Positions 36,745 to 50,390 of a stretch of 64,000 bases of DNA are shown here, piece by piece. Source of the DNA: Octopus vulgaris (lineage: Eukaryota); the NCBI GenBank assembly GCA_951406725.2, contig OX597822.1, forward strand, positions 19,220,001 through 19,284,000, in the 5' to 3' direction. The notes beneath the pieces were generated by a model. That model saw only the letters and a program-made list of their open reading frames with translations, was not told the origin of the DNA and ran no database searches. Numbering within the stretch: the stretch's first letter is position 1; each line of letters starts with the position of its first letter. A program made the position numbers and the translations under genes.

Positions 36745-39207
36745 ACAAAATTACAAACCAATGAACAAACATCAAAAAAATTGGGGTTTTCTGAAAATAA
36801 ATCACAAAAAAACTTTCATTTGTTTTTTAATCAAAGATGATTAAGTCAATTACTAAGTTAATAAAACTGGATTTCGAAAAATCAATTGTATTTCCAAATA
36901 TAGCTGACATTAATTAACTCTTAATTTTACTCTATAATACCACATAGAAGCATGCATGGCTAGGTGCTTAAGAAGCTTGCTTCTCAACTATGTGGTTCAG
37001 GCTCACTGAGCAAGTGTCTTCAACTAGAACCATAGACCAACCAAAGCCTTGCGAGTAGTTTTGGTAGACAGAAACTAGAAGTAGTGTGTGTGTGTGTACA
37101 CACACACCTTTGCCTTGACATCACATGAAAATTGAATATGAGCATCACCAACAAGCAATGTTGTTCATTTCCACTCTTCCATGAAAAAAGTGTCTGGCCA
37201 TGGGGAAATATTACCATATGGCCTTTCCTGGAAACAAGTGAGGGTTGGTAACAGGAAGTGTGTGTGTGTGTGTACACATCTCTTTAATGTCCAGTTTTCA
37301 CTATTTGCATGGGTCAAATGGGATTTCTGTCAACTCTCATGTTTCCAAGGTGTTTTTGAGAGATGCTTTCATGGGAATGAATAACACACACACACACACA
37401 CACACAGCTTCGTTCAGTTTACATCTGGCAAGTCCATTTACAAGGCTTTTGGTTGGCCTCAAACTGAAACCATGTGGTTGGAACGCAAACTATTCAACCA
37501 CACAGTCGCACTTACATATAGATACACAGGATAGATATGGAAGTGGCTGTCTGGTTAAGAAGCTTGCTTCCCAGTCATGTGGTCTCAGGTTCAGTCCCAC
37601 AGCATGATACCTTGGGTAATTGTCTTCCAGTATAGCTTCAGGCCAACCAGATCTTGCACAGTTGATTTGGTAGTCAGAAACTGAAAGTAGTCTATCCCAT
37701 ATATGTGTGTTTGTGCATACCCTTATCTTTGTTCATTTCTAGTCTTCTGTAAAAAATATGTCTGGCAGTAGGGAAATATTTCTTTGCTTGGAAACAAGTG
37801 ACGGTTGATAACAGGAAAGGCATTCAGCCAGAGAAAATCTGCCTCAACAAATTCTGTCTGACTCATACAAACATGGATATAAGTGAACTTTAAAATGATG
37901 AGGACGGTATATGTATATAATCACTAATGGGCTAGCAAGCTCTCTCATAAATTTAAAAAGGGAGGAGGAGAAAAACAGATTATTCAGTAAATATATTTAA
38001 GAGTTTAATCTTTAAAATGTAAATAATGTTATCAGAAACCAGAGGACCAAGCACTAGATAAAAAGGAACACATGTTCAACATACCTGATGACATATTACA
38101 TACTGTTGAAGACTGAAACTACATTTAGCTGAGACTGAATCATTTGTTCCAAAGGGAATTAGGAAAATGTCAATGGATAGAAAATATGGTGAATGAGTCA
38201 AGTAATGCTGATAAGATTAGAAGAAAATTCCTTGAGAATAAAGAAAAAAACAGCTAAATCTCCACCAACTGACAATAGAGGAATATCGGAAAAGTAAAGG
38301 AGGTGTGGCTGTGTGAGAAGAAGCTTATCTCCCAACAAGATGGTTCTGGGTTCAGTCCTACTGTGTGACACCTTGGGCAAGTGTCTTCTATAGCCTTGGG
38401 CCAATCAAAGCCTTATGAGTAGATTTGGTAGACAGAAACTGAAAAAATGTGCGTGTCTCTTTGTTAGTCCACCACCACCACTTGACAACTGGTGTTGGTG
38501 TTTTACACTCCATAACTTAGCTGTTTGGCAAAAGGAATTGATAGAATAAGTATCAGGACCTGTCTTAAACATCCTGCAAAAGGCTATATGCGCTACCTTT
38601 CTCTAAGTTAGCCGTAAAACAAAATTTACAGAAATAAACGGAATCAATCTTTGAAAGAAACAAAAAGACAGAAAAAATCAGAACCAGATAAACAACTACA
38701 ATATATATGAGCAAGGAGTGGATATGTTTGCAGAACAACACATCTTTCTCTGCTCTTATACATTGCTGTTTCATGTGTATGGGAGAGCTAATTAGCTATA
38801 ATCTGAACGAACTATCCTATTTCAACCCTTCGTGGCTTACTTCTTTGGAGATTTCATTAGTGTTACAAACACTCCAAACAGGTAGGTCTACTCTTATATA
38901 GGGAACCTAACTTTAAACAACCAATTCACCTTAATATCACTTGTTTTACCCATCTAAGTGAACAACAATGAACAGGCTTGGCCCACTTACAGCCGCATCA
39001 ATATAAGTTCATTGTTAGTCAACCTGAAATAAAGCCACACCACTTCTGCCCTAGCCTTTAAGGACATATTCATATACATTTAAGGACATATTCAAAACTT
39101 TAACCAGAACATCATTCTTGAAGATCTTAATGGGAATGATTCAAATAGAAGAAAGTAATGCAACATCTATATTGAATAAACTAAACTTTAGTATAAATTA
39201 CCATTTA

Positions 39208-39358
39208 TCCTCATCGTCATCATCATCGTCGTTTAGCGTCCGTTTTCCATGCTAGCATGGGTTGGACGGTTCTACTGGGGTCTGTGAAGCCAGAAGGCTT
39301 CATCAGGCCCAGTCAAATCTGGCAGTGTTTCTACGGCTGGATGCCCTTCCTAACGCCA
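39208..39358 (-). mobile_element. 3'-terminal fragment of the RTE-like family at 15682
   Basis: (CAT/CGT)n GTTTAGCGTCCGTTTTCCATGCTAGCATGGGTTGGACGG matches 15682-15820. Confidence 0.85.
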
Positions 39359-40760
39359 TCCTATAGTTCCAAAATATTTAGGAGACTGTAGATGAAATTT
39401 AATTCCTTTATTTCCAAATATGGAAACTTAATTTCTTTATACCCACATATGAAAATGTAACCTTTTGACTATGCATGGCCAACAGCTGGTCTTCCATAGA
39501 CAACCTTGCCCTGACTTGTACCTCAGGTGGTAATTTTCTAGGTGCAATCCCATGGTCATTACCCTTCATATATATAGTCATTACTGGTATCAGATTGCAC
39601 CTATCTGTTTATATTAATTTTTCCTTTCCTGTTTATATTTCCTTTTTATTAACTTTTCCATTGTGCCTAGCTATTTACATTAATTTTATGTATGCATGCA
39701 CTTGTGTCTCATTATCTTGACACCGTGTAATAGTTGTAAATGAGCATCAACATCATAGAAGCAGTGTCCATTTCCAATCTTCTATGAAAATATATATGAC
39801 CATGGGGAAATACTACTTCACTTGGAAGCAGGTGAAGGCTGGCAACAGGAAGGGCATTCAGCCATAGAAAGTCTGCTTCAGTTCCCAGCTGGCTCATGTA
39901 CTCGCAGTAAAACTTTCAAAATTACTGTCATAAAAGGGAGCATGGCTATCTGATTAAAAAGTTCACTTTGGAAGTGCATGGTTTTGGTTTCAATCCCATT
40001 GAGAGGTATCTTAGAAAAGTGTCTTCTGCTATAGCCTTGGAGTAAAGTTTGGTAGATGGCAACAGCATAGAATCCCATAGTATGCATGTGTATGTGTTTA
40101 CATTGTTTACAAACTAGTATTCTGTACCTTAGCAGTTCAGCAAAGGACAGATAAATAAGTGCTACACCTGAAAATAAGTCCTGAAGTCAATATGATCAAC
40201 GCCTTAAGGTGGCTCATAAATATGATTGCAGCTCAATGACTGAAACCAATAAAAAAGAGTAAAAGATTATATTTATGTGTAGGAAACAATGAATTCACGT
40301 AGTTCTGAACTGTGCAGAGATGTACCTAAAATTTCTTATAGTAGCGTAATCTGCAGTAAGAGATATAGGGGCTATAACAACAAACCAGTCAGTTGTTGCA
40401 TTTTCAAAGCTTCAAAAAGAAATTTAAAAAATAAAATTGATAAATTACATGCACTGTTAGTTGTTACAAGTTATAATTCTTTCTACTATAGGAGCAAGGC
40501 CTAAAGTCTGCAGAGAGGGGCCTAATGGATTACATCAACCCCAGTACTCAACTGGTACATATTTTACTGACCCCGAAAGAATAGAAAGCAAAGCTGACCT
40601 CGGTGAAATATGAACTCAGAATGTAAAGACAAACAAAAATCAGCTGAGCAATTTTGTCCAACATGCTAATGATTCTGTTAGCTCACAGCCTTACAAAGTT
40701 ATAATACTATTGTGCGTCTATTACATAACTGAAACCAATGAAGGGAAGTGAGTAACTTAC

Positions 40761-40874
40761 ATTTCTCTATATTGATCAAAAGCAGCATTAGCTTTTATTT
40801 CTAGCTTTCTCAATCGATCTGATGGTAAAGTACCATCATCCAATGGTGGGTCATACATATTGCTCCAAGGTGAC
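40761..40874 (-). CDS. CAPZB: CapZ-beta coding exon 4 (114 nt)
   Basis: ttgcag|(R)[37 protein letters not shown](M)|gtaagt; phases are consistent with the neighbouring exons. Confidence 0.97.
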
Positions 40875-41119
40875 CTGCAATTTACACAAGCATATCACTA
40901 CATTCATAACATAATACATATACATACATAATGTATAATACAAATACATATATAATAGGCAGGAATTCTAAACAAATATACTAGACATAGAAGTATAGTA
41001 GGATTAATTATAGGCTAAAAGAGAAGATAAACTTTATTTGCAACTAGTGCACAAGAGTTGCAAAATAGAGATGGAAATTATATTTTTATACAGGTATGTA
41101 ACACTAGGCATAAATATAT

Positions 41120-41640
41120 AGATATATATATATACAGCTAGATATGGAAATAATTTATTCTCAAATGCAGAATAATGCTGAACGGCATGAATAGGATAAA
41201 TAATCCTTATATTGCAGGAAAATTTGTCAGCAACCAGCCATGAGACATGAAATCCCATGTGTGATTACCTGTCAAGTGCTTTACCATTAAGCTAAACTGC
41301 CCACAGACAAATTTTTCTGCAATTTTTGAACTTATAAATTTAGCTTCATATAGATGCTGTATGTGAAATTCAAATTACGATATAGGTAAACAAACAAGTT
41401 TGCTTTGTAACAAGCTTTGAGATGTATTGAAATATACAGATATGGAAATATTTTATTTTCAAATACAGAATAATGCTGAACAGCATGAAGAGGATAAATA
41501 ATCCTTATATTGCAGAAAAATTTGTAGGTGGTCAGCCATGAAACACTAACACACATCTGTGAATACCAGTCAAGTTCTTTACCATTAAGCGAAACTGCCC
41601 ATTAACAAATTTTCTGCAATTTTTGAACTTATAAATTTCA
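41120..41640 (-). repeat. Diverged direct duplication (~300 bp period) of a tRNA-headed repeat
   Basis: 41120-41340 resembles 41438-41640. Minus-strand head GGCAGTTTAGCTTAATGGTAAAGCACTTGAC is A-box-like. Confidence 0.7.
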
Positions 41641-42301
41641 TCATCATCAATTAACGTCACTTTCCATGTTGGCATGGGTTGGACAGTTTGACTGAGGACT
41701 GACAAACCAGGCTCCAATCTAACCTGGCAAGATATATAAAAATATATAAGTAGGTAGGTAGGTAGCTACACTTGTGCAAATGCTTGGATCTATATCTACT
41801 TACTGTCAAATTTACTTCGTTGTTTGAAAAGGAAATCCAGCAGAGCATGCTAGCTTTATTTCTTTCAAGCCTCTGCAAGTCCTCTGTAATCAAAGTCCAT
41901 GTTTCACTGCCATGTAACATAGCTGTATGTACACAGACATCATACAACCTGTCTTTCATTCTGAGAGACCCTTAGTTACCAACAAAGGTAGAAGCTCTCT
42001 GAACTTCGTCCAGCCAGTTCTTTTCCTAGCAACTACATTTTCAGAACTTCCCCCACAACTGCTAACTTGGTCTCCTAGGTAACAGAAGCTATCAACTACT
42101 TCTGATTCACTAGAACATTAGAGGGAACCCGTTGTTTGCATATTTTAGTGCCTGCACATCTGCCACACACAAAGACTATATTCTCCATTAACCTTCCTGT
42201 GATACCACTACACCTGTTACATATCCAAAGCTTGCACTGGGTACAACATATGGAGTTTCTACCAACTCCCTTCTTACATACTGAGCAGGGCCATCCTCCC
42301 A
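41639..42301 (-). mobile_element. Decayed fragments of the RTE-like family at 15682-19418
   Basis: ORF 41657-41959 (RLYDVCVHTAMLHGSETW) and the PHD region (42140-42300) align with 16650-17125. Confidence 0.85.
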
Positions 42302-42428
42302 GAATGCAATTTTATATTTTATTTCTTATTTGATTGGATAGGGGCACAAAAAGATTATCTAGTGGGATCCCTTCAATGTTAAACTCAGCCCTAAATAAAT
42401 ACAGAAAACTAATAAAAATGAAATTTAC

Positions 42429-42550
42429 CTGTAAGAATCGCCATCTCTATTGTAGTCACATAGAAGATAATCACGTCCTGTAAGCTTGTCACTAGCTACT
42501 TTTAATGGTTGATCAACAGAAGAAAGTAAATCTTCACATAGAGCTGGTGC
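42429..42550 (-). CDS. CAPZB: CapZ-beta coding exon 3 (122 nt)
   Basis: ctactag|[40 protein letters not shown](R)|gtaaat; contains the conserved [14 protein letters not shown] signature. Confidence 0.97.
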
Positions 42551-45500
42551 CTAGTAGAAACAAAAGAAAAGGTGTATTACATTTACTATCCTCATCAATT
42601 AAAGATTAAAATACATAAAAGAAGAAAATCTGATTTTAATCATAAATAAGCAAAAATATATATTTTTATGCATTTCAGCCAGAGACTGTGGCCATGGAAG
42701 GGCACTGCCATATAAATATAATCAATAAAAAAAGAATAATGGTACAGGCTAATATTTTTTTTAATACTTAGTCTTAGAAATAGGGAAAATGCTCAGACTT
42801 TACAGAATCTTCCCCGAGTGGTGAAATCAATGAGACTGATGATTAACTTTTAAAAAATCTAAATATTTGAGATAAAAGCATCATTTAAAACTGCTTTCTG
42901 TGTATCATACTAAATGTATACACTGTAGACTTATCAATGTTCATCTCACTCCAATAGAGTTTTTAACACAAGTCTATGAAGATATTTTTACTTCAGACAA
43001 TTTCACAATATCAAGTATTCTAACAATCTGTATAGTATGATATACATATAGCAATTTTAATTTAATACAGATTCGATTGTATACACATAGCTAACCATCA
43101 TTTTGTTTAGAATTGAGGAATTTCTATTTCAAATCCAGTCTGAGACATTTACCCATATTTTTAGAGAGTATATTCAAAATATGTCTTTACAATATGTATT
43201 TACAAAATATGTCTTCAGATTAAGTGTTGGTGAAGAGTGAGTTTAAAGGTTACAGTTCTAGCAAAGGAAGAGTTTCTTAGATGGAGACACACATGTGGTA
43301 CACCACTTGTTGTGTCAAGAAACAGAAGAATACAGACCAAGAAAGCATGCTGTCATGCTATCTTGTTCTATATTCTACAGGCTAATCTATCAAATGGCCT
43401 TTTTCCAATGTAAATTGAAATATTTATTCAGCCATGGAAATTAATATTTTAAATCACATTTGTTATGTGGTCATAGAAATAACTATTTATATTACATGTG
43501 TCATGTGGCTGTGGACATGAATAATGAAATCAACATATCCTGATTGTTAAGACAGATTTCATTGAAGTTGGTAGCATATAATTGTATAATTTCTTAATAA
43601 TTAGTGTACTTGCCAAAGGCAAGAAAGTTGCATGCTCTACCCAAAGACACAGCCAAAAGGAAGTTTTAAAATAAGTGGTAATACATCTTTGCAAGAAGTA
43701 AATATTTAGAATTTTAGAAAGCAAATAAATATTTCTAACTTTCAGTTATAAACATTACACATTTAAAGCTAAAGTAAATGTGTGAATCCTGCATGAATTA
43801 GTAAACAGTGCTGCTGATTGAAATTTTCTAGAGAATTATAAGCTTTTGTTGTATATTGGCAACAGAAAATAGTCTAACACTAGTGCCTAATATTAGACTA
43901 TTTCCTGTAGTCAATATATAGTGAAGGCTTATAATTATATTTACAAAATATCAAAGTAAATTTTAAGCTATCCTACATGATAATGGATACATTACAACTA
44001 ATTCATGAATGATTTTTGTAATAAACAGATAAATCAGAATGAGTAAAATTGTAATTTGGTAAGTTTTATGGAATTTAATTGGACAGAGTAAATGCTAATG
44101 CAATGAGTAAAACTCAGTTCACAGAAGAGAGATTGGCAGAAGCAAAGGAAGACAAGCGAACTAGTTTGACAGACTAAAACAGAAACAGTAAGCCTGAGAG
44201 ATGGACACAGAAGCAGACAGATAGAAAATAACGCAAGGCAAAATGACATCTTGTAGAGTATCTGTATATTTAAGCCATCAAGACCATTATTGTGGTAAAA
44301 TAAGTGAAATAAAAATGTAAAACTAAAATTGGTGATTCTTCAAACTACTTAGAAATTTGTTAATTTGTTAATGGTTTTCCTTAATATGTCATACAAAGTT
44401 TTAATTACCACACTGTATTTCAATAAATTTTTAATATAATCAAAATTTTGAAATGGTTTAGTAACAACTTTGACTATATATTATGTGAGTGTTGACGAAA
44501 TGAAACTTCATATCATTCTTGTTAACTGAAATAATACTGTAATATGAATAGATCCAGATAGGGTGGTATTGAAAATATTAAACTTATATAAATAAAGACA
44601 CCCAAATATATTCTAAATCTTATTTTGAAATATGAAACATGGTTTAGTTTATTAAGCTATTAAAATGGTGGAGTTAAAGTATCAATATGCAGACAAAGAA
44701 GAAATGTGGGAAGAGATTATTATTTTTATATATATGCACACACACACACTGTAACTTATACCTTGATTTCCTTGTTACAAATAGTGAAAAATAGTCCAGC
44801 GCTCTTCTAATAGCAGGCATACTCTTTCAACAGGTAGAGGCTATTAATAAATACCTTTGTTCAGTTAGTCTACAAGAAAGAATCATATTCAGGCCTCCAT
44901 ATCCTTATAGTGGAGTGCATTCATAAGTATGCATAGCTACAGGCTATGAATTGGTTTTCCATAGCAGAGTTTGGCTGGTGAAGCCTATACCTTCTTGCAT
45001 GCATTTCAGTCTAGCATCATCTCATTTGTAAGCATCACAAACTTTTAATTAGTGTACTATTGGTTATAAATAACATTAATCAATATCTATTTTATGTACC
45101 CTCATGAAATTAACACCCAGCTACTAAAACATTTAGGAAACTCCCTAACCTTTATTTCCAAGTGAAGATCAACAAGCTATCCTCTCAAATATATAAATCC
45201 TGTAGTTAAAAATATTATGACATAAACTGATGTAAAAGAAAATTAGAACTTTAACAGTTGAGTTGGTTGAGAATCAGTTATGGAACTGAGTATCAGATGT
45301 CCACAACTGCCAACCTTTATCTCACTTGTCATACCACTCCCTTCCTCAATATCAACCCTGACACTGATCGTTCCAAGCTAAACCTATTCACTTTAGCAAT
45401 TGTCTCATATCTCATTTTAAAGGCATAAGCCTCCACACCTCACTCAATTTCCAACAATTCACATTCATCATCATCATCTACACTAGCCATGTCAAACATT

Positions 45501-46132
45501 AGAGTCTATGGACTGCAATGCTAACAATTTTTAACACTCATTAACAAAGATTTCGGTCATATCAATTTTTTATGAAGATCTTTGAAAACGTTTTATTTTA
45601 TTCAACGTTTATTGTTTAAATTACTATAGATTATTTTTATCATTAAAAATTCTTTTAATTCCCTCATCTGTACTAATTTCATTAAGCTATTCCAAACCCT
45701 CAAACTAAGAAAACTTTTAAAAGCTGGTGGAGGTAAAGAATACATACACATCCCATTTTCGGTGTAACAAAAGTCACTGGGTGTACATATTCTTTACTTT
45801 CACCTAAAACCTTATATAGTCTGATGTTCCACTTCAAATAAACATATTAATAGAAAAAACAAGTTTCTTAAAGAAGAATATCTTAACTCCTATGTTAAAA
45901 TATCTTTGTCTAAGAGAAACAACAAAGGCAATACAGGATTTTGGAAGTTGTAATGGTTTTAAACCCAATCACCTAAAGCTAATTATATAAAATGTTTAGT
46001 GTATAACCAACTTTAAACAACTCTGAGACAAAAATCTTAGAATAGCAAAATTCTAAAGTAGGTATCATGAAGCTGTTATCAAACCACTTTATTCTCAACA
46101 CAAGTAATAAAAGTATTAAATCCATTACTTAC

Positions 46133-46222
46133 AATATCTATAAGTGCACTTAAATTTTCCTCTATTTGTTGTGGCGGCAGTCTACGCATCAAATCTAATG
46201 CGCAGTCCAACTGTTGTTCCGT
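46133..46222 (-). CDS. CAPZB: F-actin capping protein subunit beta, coding exon 2 (90 nt)
   Basis: Minus strand reads ttacag|[30 protein letters not shown]|gtaagt. This matches the CapZ-beta N-terminus ([24 protein letters not shown]). Phase 0 at both ends implies an ATG-only upstream exon, which was not found in the window. Confidence 0.97.
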
Positions 46223-49200
46223 CTGTAACAAAAAAATAGGAAAAAAACTTTGTCAAAATCAACATTTAAGATACTGTTTTTCAAATTTTCACAGAATCTA
46301 AAAGAAATCAGTTTGGTAGATTGGGTAATTAGCCCATTAAAACTTAGTAAAATTTCTGAGATTGTTTACCTGTTTTTAATCTAATTACAATGATAAGCTA
46401 ATTACAATGATAATTAAAATGGAAAGCATTCTTTCAAAGTGTTAGCAAAAAAAAATGTAAAGTTATATGCAAAGTTATTTAAAAAACTGGAAAAATTTTA
46501 CAATAACAAGAGGATCTTTTTTTAATATTGAAAATAAAAAGAATTTAAAGAAAATATAAATAGCACCAAAATTATACAAATAAACAATAAAAGAGAAAGC
46601 ACATTCTTTTCTCCATAACAGGCAACTAATTTGTCAGTATCTTGTGATGCTTTAACTAAGTTACTCTTAGATGGCATGTAACTTCACATGATCAGCATCG
46701 GGAACAGTCAACACTAATCACTATATTTATATGGTGGGAATTCCAGAAGACCAATGTTCAAAAGTGGAGGAAGGACTGGGAATACTGGTTAGTCAAGCGC
46801 CCGGTGGAGTAGAGTAGACACAATGTGGATGATAAAAAGAGGTACTAGCAGTATCCTGAGGGGTACTGACTAGTTACCAGCAAGTTCCGAGAATCAAAGA
46901 TCACTGTAGAGTTTGTAGAAAAGGTAGATAAGAGACAAGTCTACAAGCAAGAGGATGGACTGTGTTTGTGAGTGACTTCACCATCCTAGATATGGGAGTT
47001 GTACCTTGTGGGTTTCACCTCAACTTTTAAGAGATTCAGTAGTTATGGGCAAAAGTATCTTCTGGTTCTGAAGGAGAAGTTCAGTCTTTATTATGTTGAG
47101 CAAGTGTGTTTGCCAGGAGAGAGGTGATGCATTATCATCCCAAATGACCTCTGCTTGATGGTAAGGCCTAGCATTTGAAGTGATTGTAACGGTTCTATTT
47201 GTGGGATGTTCATATTGAGAGAGGATGAGAAAAATCCTGTTTTCATGCTGCTGATTGTACCTGTCAGTACAGTAGGAAGTTGATGTATAAAAAGGAAGAG
47301 TGTAGGAGACAACTGAACCTTCGGGTATAACAGAATTGATGAAGTGGATCAGAGAAAACATTAGCACAAGCCATGTTTGTGTAACCTGACAGAAAGCACC
47401 AATGTAACTCATTAGCATTCAAAACTGGTCATGTCCAGCCTAAATATTTAACTTGTTTTATGTTCAAACTAGCCAGATCAAGCCTCTCCTACCTATTCTA
47501 CAATGTCCTTCAAAAAAAAAAAGCAATCACATCATTGAAATTGAAGCTATGAGATAATTAAAAACAATGTGAATAAATAAACATTACATTTGACAGAACC
47601 TGAATACCAAAGGTCTACAAAACAAAAGACAGGTGCTTTCTTTAATCATATAAATTCTACATATTTCAACTCCATTTTCAAATATATTATGCCAAAACAG
47701 GCATGGTGCCCAGGCAGCTCTTCAGCTGGCCAGCTCCTGTCAAACCATCCAACCCATGTCAGTATGGAAAATGACATTAAATGACAATGATTTTGAGAAA
47801 AAGTGATTCCATTGTTTCATTCAGCTCTATCATACAAGACAGGAACATTTAAATCCAAATAGAAATGATTTGCTCCATTTTTACCACAGCCTGGAATGGA
47901 CAAATCTCCCCGAGTTAATGACTAAGTCAGCTTAATTCCCATACTTCTAAAAGCATTAATCAATAAGTCAAATTTTGTTACAAATAACAGTTCTATATTA
48001 CTAAATGCAAAGAAATAAAATAAAGTTGGAAACCAAATACAGTACAGACTAAACTTTTTCAATAACTACTATTTGTCATCCTCAAGAGTAGAGAATCTGA
48101 TAAAAAAAAAAAATGTGACAGAAAGCAAAATGTAGATAAGTTTGGATATTCAAACATTATGAGACATCAAAAGCAGTATATATAAAATTAGAAGCTTTAC
48201 TGGGAAATTAAGAAATTTAGCAAGTAAAAATATGAAATGCTTGCTCTACTAGTTATATATTAAATCACCCAAACAACCACACACACATGTGCATAAATGC
48301 ATGCTATATTTTTCATTCAATTTACCAGTAAGTGGTAAGATCTGAAAATAAAACATTGATATATGCAACCTGTTGTATTCAGAATAAAATATTTATTTTC
48401 CTTGCTTTCATCTGAAAGACACCTTCTCATTTTACAGTTGAGTGGTTAGCAATGGTAAAAGTATTAGTTCCAACAATATATAAATAAAAATATTGATGAC
48501 ATAAGTCTTTTCCAAAGAAATATAACTGATGTGCAGAAATGCCAGCATTGTGCAGTATCTCAAACAGATGCATTTTTAACTAAGTACAATAAGGAGGTAC
48601 AGTTCACCACTGTAGACAGTAAGGTTTTTGAATAAATATATTTTATTCTGACTTCTTTGTTTTTCTTTCGTTTAGCCCTAGGTCTGCTCCAACTGAACAG
48701 AACAATGATCAGAGGCATTTCAGCCATGACCATCGTATATTTTTCCCCAGACAGTTTATTTACCACTACATTATCAGGTTTTTTTTTTTCTAACAAACAG
48801 TGTGATCTTAGGAATATCTGAGTTATTTCTAACACATCAAGCAACCAGAGACTTCACATCGGCTTGATGAGTTTTTCATAGTTCATTCAGCTAAACTCCA
48901 ATCTTTTCAAAGACCAATAAAAACAAATAAAAAAGGAGAAATCTTCTCCAGCACATCCTTTCCAGAAAATCTAGTTCCAACTGCTGCTAGATCACCATGT
49001 GCTTATGTATCATACCAATACACAATGATTTTGAAAACAAAAATTAAAATTTCTCAGTCTTAGTTTCAGATCAACCAACTGAAATATAAATAGAAAACAT
49101 ATCAACACAAAGTATAATTTCTGGACTTTTAGAGAAAAAAAAAATTAAGCAATAGCAGCTGATATGTTCTAATGTTTTCACATATACTTAAGGTATTAGT

Positions 49201-50096
49201 CATGAAAGTGAAAGGGTTCTAACAGACTACTAACTGGTTCAAATTTAGTTCAAGATCTTATGACTACAGAGATTCAATCAAGTCACATGATTTGTCTCCA
49301 CAAAATAGAAAGCCAATTTTGATATTATCTGAATAAACTTCAATATCTGACTGGTATTCATTACAAAATTGAAAAAAAAATTTAACTGGGGAACAGATAT
49401 TTTCTACCATTTGCACCAGAATTACCCCACCAATCTAACAATCATTAATTCCTCTTTAGCTCAAAGCCAGATTTTATAAGAGTAATAATCTGTGACAAGA
49501 TGTATATCAAATCTTTTCTTTAATAGACTGTCCACAGCAAATAGTATTGATATGAAAGGTTAATATTGTTACTGACCACCAAAAGGTTGGCTTTATAGGG
49601 GAAAGCAGATTCAATGACAGCAGCCAACCAGTTATTCAACTGACTCATATGAAAAGACAGCTAGAACACAACTTACAAACTCCAAGTCAATGACTCAGCT
49701 GACAGAATCAGAAGTGAGGGAGACCTACTTCAATCAAGTGTCATGAGTAGAAAGGTATCATAGTAATTGAATGACTGGGGTACCACTGTCAAAATAGTTA
49801 GCATTCATAAGAAAGGATTGAAAGTTACAAATATGTTAGCTATTTATGCAGTTCATTTCCAGTTAAAATAAGGTATATTGCTTTATAACTTGGTAACACT
49901 TTCTGAACAAGTCAACTGTGACTAACAACCGACTTCAACCCTTTTTATACCAACCCACATAGGACCATCCTTGCCCTCTATGATTCAAATCACCTTTTTT
50001 AAGATAATCTAAATTTTACCTTCTATTAAAATATCTTTATATCCCAAACACCAACTTAATGACAATATTTTTACTAAATACTTCATTATTTTCAGA

Positions 50097-50390
50097 ATTG
50101 TGAGTGGATTTGGTAGACAGAAACTGAAAGAGGCCCGTCATATATATATATATGTGTGTGTGTGTGTATGTGTGTGTGTATACATTTGTGTGTCTATGTT
50201 TGCGCCCGCAACATCACTTGACAACCGATGTTGGTGTTTACGTCCCCGTAACTTAGCAGTTCGGCAAAAGAGACCGATAGAATAAGTACTAGGCTTACAA
50301 AGAATAAGTTGTGGGGTCGATTTGCTCAACTAAAGGCGGTGCTCCAGCATGGCCACAGTCAAATGACTGAAACAAGTAAAAGAGTAAAGA
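50097..50390 (+). mobile_element. SINE-type repeat inserted into a TTAA-ended MITE (about 49936-50533)
   Basis: GTGAGTGGATTTGGTAGACAGAAACTGAAAG...GGTGCTCCAGCATGGCCACAGTCAAATGACTGAAAC recurs many times in the window. The flanks match the piggyBac termini at 59940 and 61006. Confidence 0.65.
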
